In this document: one piece after another, positions 40,075 to 43,931 of the stretch
Layout: the number at the start of each line of letters is the position of its first letter
How positions within the stretch are numbered: the stretch's first letter is position 1
NCBI GenBank assembly: GCA_041891195.1
Contig: JASDVE010000013.1
Location: forward strand, 1 to 43,931
Source of the DNA: Myxococcota bacterium
GTDB lineage: Bacteria; Myxococcota_A; UBA9160; UBA4427
Length of the DNA stretch: 43,931 bases
Reading direction: 5' to 3'
Notes under the pieces: model-generated
What the model was told of the DNA's origin: nothing
Databases searched by the model: none
The model's input: only the letters and a program-made list of their open reading frames with translations
Program-made: the position numbers and the translations under genes

Positions 40075-42705
40075 TTAGAAGAAGTCTTCACGAAGCGTCT
40101 TTTTGGTGTCGCCCGCGCTCTTGCGCGTCATCGTCGACTCCGTGGGTTCGGTGCCTTCGAGGAACGGCTGAAAGTACGCATCCGCGCTGGCGTTGTCGGC
40201 AATGAGTCCATTGCTTCGATCGATCCGCACCGTGACGATGTGGTCGGGTTCTTCGAAGTCGAGAACCGGCCGGTCTTTTAAGGCGACTTCCATGTACTCA
40301 ACCCAGATCGGCGCCGCGGCGCGGGACCCCGTCTCACCCCACCCGAGGATCGTAGAATCGTCGCGACCCACCCATACGCCCGTCACCAAGTCGCGCGAAA
40401 AGCCCATGAACCATGCGTCTTTTTGATCGTTCGTCGTGCCCGTCTTGCCGCCGAGGGGGCGCCCGAGTTTGCGCAAGCGCCAACCGGTGCCGCGTGGGTC
40501 GGTGACGACGGCCTGCAAGAGGTCACACATTAAGTACGCCGCGGCTTCCGAGATGATTTGATTCGTAGGGATGAACTCGGCATCCGGGTATCCGTCGTCA
40601 ATGGCGAGGGCAGATTCGACCGCGTCACTTTCTTTAGAACTCGATGCTTGCTTGGACGGATCCATTGCAAATTCGAGGGGTCGCAGCACCGGTGGCGGTT
40701 GGGGGCCAAGTGGCAAGTCTTCCAACAACACTTCGCCATGGCGATCGGTTACCCGCGTGATGAAGCGCGGCGTGACCCGGCGCCCTTTGTTGGGGTAGAC
40801 CGCGTACGCGGCCGTGAGTTCGACCAACCCAACATCGCTCGAACCCAGGGCGAGGGAAAGGTCACGACTCAGCGGCGATTGGATGCCGAGGCGTCGTGCG
40901 TAGTCGATTACATAGTCGACCCCCACGTCGCGAAACAAGTGGACGGTGGCATTGTTGATCGAGCGCACGAGTGCGGCGCGCATTGGCATCGGACCGTAAA
41001 AATGACGGCCGTAGTTCTGAGGGCGCCAGATGAAGCCCGAAACGGGGTCTTCGTAAACGGCGGGTCGGTCGTACAGGGTCGACACCGGCGTGTACTTACG
41101 TGAAAGTGCCGCACCATAAATGAATGGTTTGAACGCGGAGCCCGGTTGTCGCATGGCCTGGGTAGCGCGGTTGAACTGGCTTCGGTTGTAGTCGTAGCCG
41201 CCTACCATGGCGCGAACGTCCCCGGTTTCGACTTCCATCGAAAGCAGTGCGCCCTCGACCGTAGGCTCTTGGTAAATCATCAACCGTGCAAGCGCTGGAG
41301 GCGCGGGCTCGTCTTCTTCGCGTCCAAGAAGTTCATCGATCTCCGATGCCGCTTCGGCTGCCGCTGCATCGTTGTCCTCGGCTTCGAGTTCTACCGGCGC
41401 AACAAGCGGCTCACCTTCGAGGCGAATGAACTGCGCTACGTCGCCAACTTTAAAGATGCGTTCAATCTTTTTGACGGGCAGCGGCCGGCGCTTGACGTCT
41501 GCCTCGCGCGCCCAAGTAACGTCTTCAAGGGCCACTTGTCCCTCGATGCCTGGCGCGAGTGCGATGAGTGCGGTCGTGAGGTCCGGATCGACGCTCACCA
41601 CAACGCCTTCAGCAAATTTTCTTACTTCAAGTTCTTGCCAGACACCCGCTTCATCGAGGCCGAGCTTGTTCGTTTTCGCGAGAGCGGTGATCTCCGCTTC
41701 GAGATCCGCCGCCGCAACTTGTCGAATGGGTCCGCGGTAACCTCGCCGCTTGTCGTGGTCTTCGAGTCCCCGGCGTACCGCGGCCGAGGCTGCGATTTGA
41801 AGGTCAAGGTCGAGGGTCGTTTCGACAGTAATGCCGCCCTCGAGCACCATGTCGCCACCCAAGCGTTCAAACAGATATCGGCGCACCTCTTCGGTGAAGT
41901 GCTTGGCGGCAACAAATCCCTCGTCTGTAGTTCGAGCGACGAGGGCGGGAGGTGTGTTGCTTTCTGCTTCGTATGTCGCTTGGTCGATGATCTTGTCGGC
42001 CAGCATGCGGCGGAGCACATACAGGCGACGACTTTCCGACAAGTCCGGGTTCACGAAGGGTGAGTAGGCCGAAGGTCGCTGGGGAAGCCCCGCGAGCAGC
42101 GCTGACTCAGAAATCGAAAGTTCTTTTGCCGACTTGCCAAAGTAAGTCTGGCCCGCTTCTTCGATCCCCCACGCCCCGCTGCCGAAGTAAATTTGATTCA
42201 AGTAGAGATACAGGATCTCGTTTTTCGTAAAGTGACTTTCGATCTCTCGCGCCAAGAACATTTCGCGCAGCTTTCGCGAGAAGCGTTTTTCGGGGCTCAG
42301 CAACATTTGCTTCACCAGCTGCATGGTGATTGTGCTCGCGCCCTGCTTGATCCCGCCCGCGCGGATGTCGACCCACGCCGCGCGCGCGATCGATACGTAG
42401 TCGATGCCACCGTGCTCGAAGAACGCGCTGTCCTCGGCTGCCACGAAGGCCAAGCCCACGTGATCGGGCAGCGAACCCAAGGGTGCGAGATCGCGCCGCT
42501 CGTTGGCGTAGCGTCCAATCTCTCGGCCCTTGTGATCCAGCACGCGGCTGGTCAGTGCAGGCTGGTAGTCTTCAATGGATCGAAGGTCGGGGAGATCTTG
42601 CAGGTAGGTGACATAGACGAATGTGACGCCTGCCCCTGCTGTAAATGCCAGTACGAGCACCAGCGCGAGCAGGACCCGGAACCCCCCGGACCGGATGAAA
42701 GCCAT
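40075..42705 (-). CDS. mrcA: Penicillin-binding protein 1A (bifunctional glycosyltransferase/transpeptidase)
   Basis: N-terminal TM segment. GT51 motifs EDSAFFEHGGID and RKLREMFLAREIE. Transpeptidase motifs SAFKP (SxxK), SIN (SxN) and KTGT (KTG). 876 aa. Confidence 0.9.
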   Translation of the reverse strand: MAFIRSGGFRVLLALVLVLAFTAGAGVTFVYVTYLQDLPDLRSIEDYQPALTSRVLDHKGREIGRYANERRDLAPLGSLPDHVGLAFVAAEDSAFFEHGGIDYVSIARAAWVDIRAGGIKQGASTITMQLVKQMLLSPEKRFSRKLREMFLAREIESHFTKNEILYLYLNQIYFGSGAWGIEEAGQTYFGKSAKELSISESALLAGLPQRPSAYSPFVNPDLSESRRLYVLRRMLADKIIDQATYEAESNTPPALVARTTDEGFVAAKHFTEEVRRYLFERLGGDMVLEGGITVETTLDLDLQIAASAAVRRGLEDHDKRRGYRGPIRQVAAADLEAEITALAKTNKLGLDEAGVWQELEVRKFAEGVVVSVDPDLTTALIALAPGIEGQVALEDVTWAREADVKRRPLPVKKIERIFKVGDVAQFIRLEGEPLVAPVELEAEDNDAAAAEAASEIDELLGREEDEPAPPALARLMIYQEPTVEGALLSMEVETGDVRAMVGGYDYNRSQFNRATQAMRQPGSAFKPFIYGAALSRKYTPVSTLYDRPAVYEDPVSGFIWRPQNYGRHFYGPMPMRAALVRSINNATVHLFRDVGVDYVIDYARRLGIQSPLSRDLSLALGSSDVGLVELTAAYAVYPNKGRRVTPRFITRVTDRHGEVLLEDLPLGPQPPPVLRPLEFAMDPSKQASSSKESDAVESALAIDDGYPDAEFIPTNQIISEAAAYLMCDLLQAVVTDPRGTGWRLRKLGRPLGGKTGTTNDQKDAWFMGFSRDLVTGVWVGRDDSTILGWGETGSRAAAPIWVEYMEVALKDRPVLDFEEPDHIVTVRIDRSNGLIADNASADAYFQPFLEGTEPTESTMTRKSAGDTKKTLREDFF

Positions 42706-42940
42706 GCGAACTCCAATAGTTACCCTACCCTAGCCGAGGCGTGCCCGGCTGCGCTAGAGATTTGACCGTTGATCGCAGGGGGTGCGCCGTTCTGCACGGC
42801 CCGTTGGCGATTCGTGCACCCGACTGCTCTTGATCTAAGCCCAAGCGCGCAAGGGCCGCCTTGTGAAAGCCGACTTCGACGACCCGCACACCACAAGACG
42901 CTCATAATAGACTCAACAAGACTCAATAAGGAAGCTCTAC

Positions 42941-43912
42941 ATGCCGTCCCAGCAACTCACCATGGCCTTCGTGATGGACCCCGTCACCGACCTCGATGTT
43001 GCGGGGGACACGACGTTTGTCTTCATGTTCGAGGCACAAAAGCGCGGGCACGCGGTGCTGTACGTCGACCCCGGCGACCTCGCGATCGAACAAGGTCGGC
43101 CCGCGGCCCGGGTTACGCCTGTGACCCTGCGAGCAGAAAAGGGAAATCACGTCGATCTTGGCGACGCGCGCACGGTCATTCTCGACGACGAGGTCGACGT
43201 CGCTTTCCAGCGAAAGGACCCGCCGGTCGACGCAGCCTACATCGCAGCGACCCAGATCCTGGGCACCTGTCAAAAAACCCTCATCTTGAATCAGCCCGAA
43301 TCCGTGCTGGCCTTCAACGAAAAACTATTTGCCGTGCACTTCCCCGACCTGATGCCGATTACATCAGTGACCAAAAATATCGCGGACTTGCGCCAGTTCA
43401 TGGAAGCCCGGGGCGGCGAGATGATCGTGAAGCCGCTGGATGGCAAGGGTGGCGAGGGAATCTTCCACCTCGTCGAGGGCGAGAAGAACATCACGTCGAT
43501 TCTCGAGCAGTCGACACAGTTTGGAACCCGCGCCGTGATGGCGCAGGAATATCTGCCCGCCATTCGCGAGGGCGACAAGCGCATTCTACTCCTCGAAGGT
43601 GAATTGCTCGGCGCCGTATTGCGCGTTCCGGCCCCGAAAGAGGTCCGAGCCAACCTTCATGTCGGCGGCACGGCTGAGAAGGCGGAGCTGACTGCGGCGG
43701 ATCTCAAAATTATCGAGCGCGTGGGGCCGGTTCTCAAGCGCCACGGCTTGTTCTTTGTCGGGATCGATGTCATCGGCGACCGTCTCACGGAGATCAACGT
43801 GACGAGCCCGACCGGCGTCCAGGAAATCAACACGCTGGACGACACTTGTCTCGAGGCGAAGGTGATGGATGCGGTCGAAGCCAAGTTTGCCGCGGGTTCT
43901 GGGAGGCCTTGA
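42941..43912 (+). CDS. gshB: Glutathione synthetase (ATP-grasp)
   Basis: Motifs: MAFVMDP...DTTFVFMFEAQKRGH, AFQRKDPP, IVKPLDGKGGEGIF, RILLLEGE, NLHVGG, FVGIDVIGDRLTEINVTSP. The start may be ATG 42962. Confidence 0.85.
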   Translation: MPSQQLTMAFVMDPVTDLDVAGDTTFVFMFEAQKRGHAVLYVDPGDLAIEQGRPAARVTPVTLRAEKGNHVDLGDARTVILDDEVDVAFQRKDPPVDAAYIAATQILGTCQKTLILNQPESVLAFNEKLFAVHFPDLMPITSVTKNIADLRQFMEARGGEMIVKPLDGKGGEGIFHLVEGEKNITSILEQSTQFGTRAVMAQEYLPAIREGDKRILLLEGELLGAVLRVPAPKEVRANLHVGGTAEKAELTAADLKIIERVGPVLKRHGLFFVGIDVIGDRLTEINVTSPTGVQEINTLDDTCLEAKVMDAVEAKFAAGSGRP

Positions 43913-43931
43913 TGGATGAACCCGATCCTCA

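Noticed and set aside
41146-42063. A 305-aa plus-strand ORF inside mrcA.
   Set aside because: It is antisense to PBP1A, which carries all GT51 and transpeptidase motifs.
42769-43602. A 277-aa plus-strand ORF overlapping gshB out of frame.
   Set aside because: It is an Arg/Pro-rich, non-protein-like sequence, and the gshB frame has the ATP-grasp motifs.
43912-43931. An ATG overlapping the gshB stop codon (TGATG) that opens a new ORF (MDEPDP...) running off the right edge.
   Set aside because: Only 6 codons are visible, which is too short to call.
1-43931. A window-wide look for CRISPR arrays, tRNA/rRNA genes, IS elements, integrases, phage genes or toxin-antitoxin/defence-type modules.
   Set aside because: By eye I found no spaced identical repeats, no tRNA T-arm/acceptor structures in the intergenic gaps, and no transposase/integrase-like ORFs. 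A tRNAscan/Rfam/ISfinder run would be needed for certainty.

Overview
This is a 43.9-kb chromosomal segment from a moderately GC-rich bacterium (GC not computed). The host looks Gram-negative/diderm: lipobox lipoproteins, PBP1A, gshB and a sigma-54-type promoter. I support about 40 protein genes. I found no rRNA, tRNA, CRISPR array, transposase or integrase. The left and centre (1-22.3 kb) hold mixed housekeeping and envelope genes. These are a class-III aminotransferase fragment, an EEP nuclease/phosphatase, a MATE pump, a TPR lipoprotein, fur, rmlA/rmlC, yifB, an M28 lipoprotein and a secreted VWA protein. They continue with a GNAT, a coiled-coil protein with 8 DxDxDG repeats, an NRDE protein, folC, a stand-alone AICARFT domain, a class-V PLP enzyme and two polytopic GT-C-like membrane proteins. 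The most interesting part is a tightly packed 13-gene same-strand operon at 23.1-35.3 kb. It encodes IpdA/IpdB-like CoA-transferase-fold subunits, an NMO-family reductase, a crotonase, three acyl-CoA dehydrogenases, a DUF35 protein with an SCP-x-type thiolase, a degradative thiolase, two SDRs and a MaoC hydratase. This is the gene content of steroid ring-C/D (HIP) plus last-side-chain-cycle catabolism. In this window it has no CoA ligase, no ring-A/B genes and no regulator gene. An ~830-bp stretch with no convincing gene precedes the operon and carries hairpins and direct repeats. A Tat-signal FkbM-type methyltransferase and a secreted DUF3604 protein follow it. The right end holds a soluble GAF-type histidine kinase, PBP1A and gshB. 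All functional calls come from motifs read by eye and remembered family knowledge. No searches or computations were run, and several start codons are uncertain.
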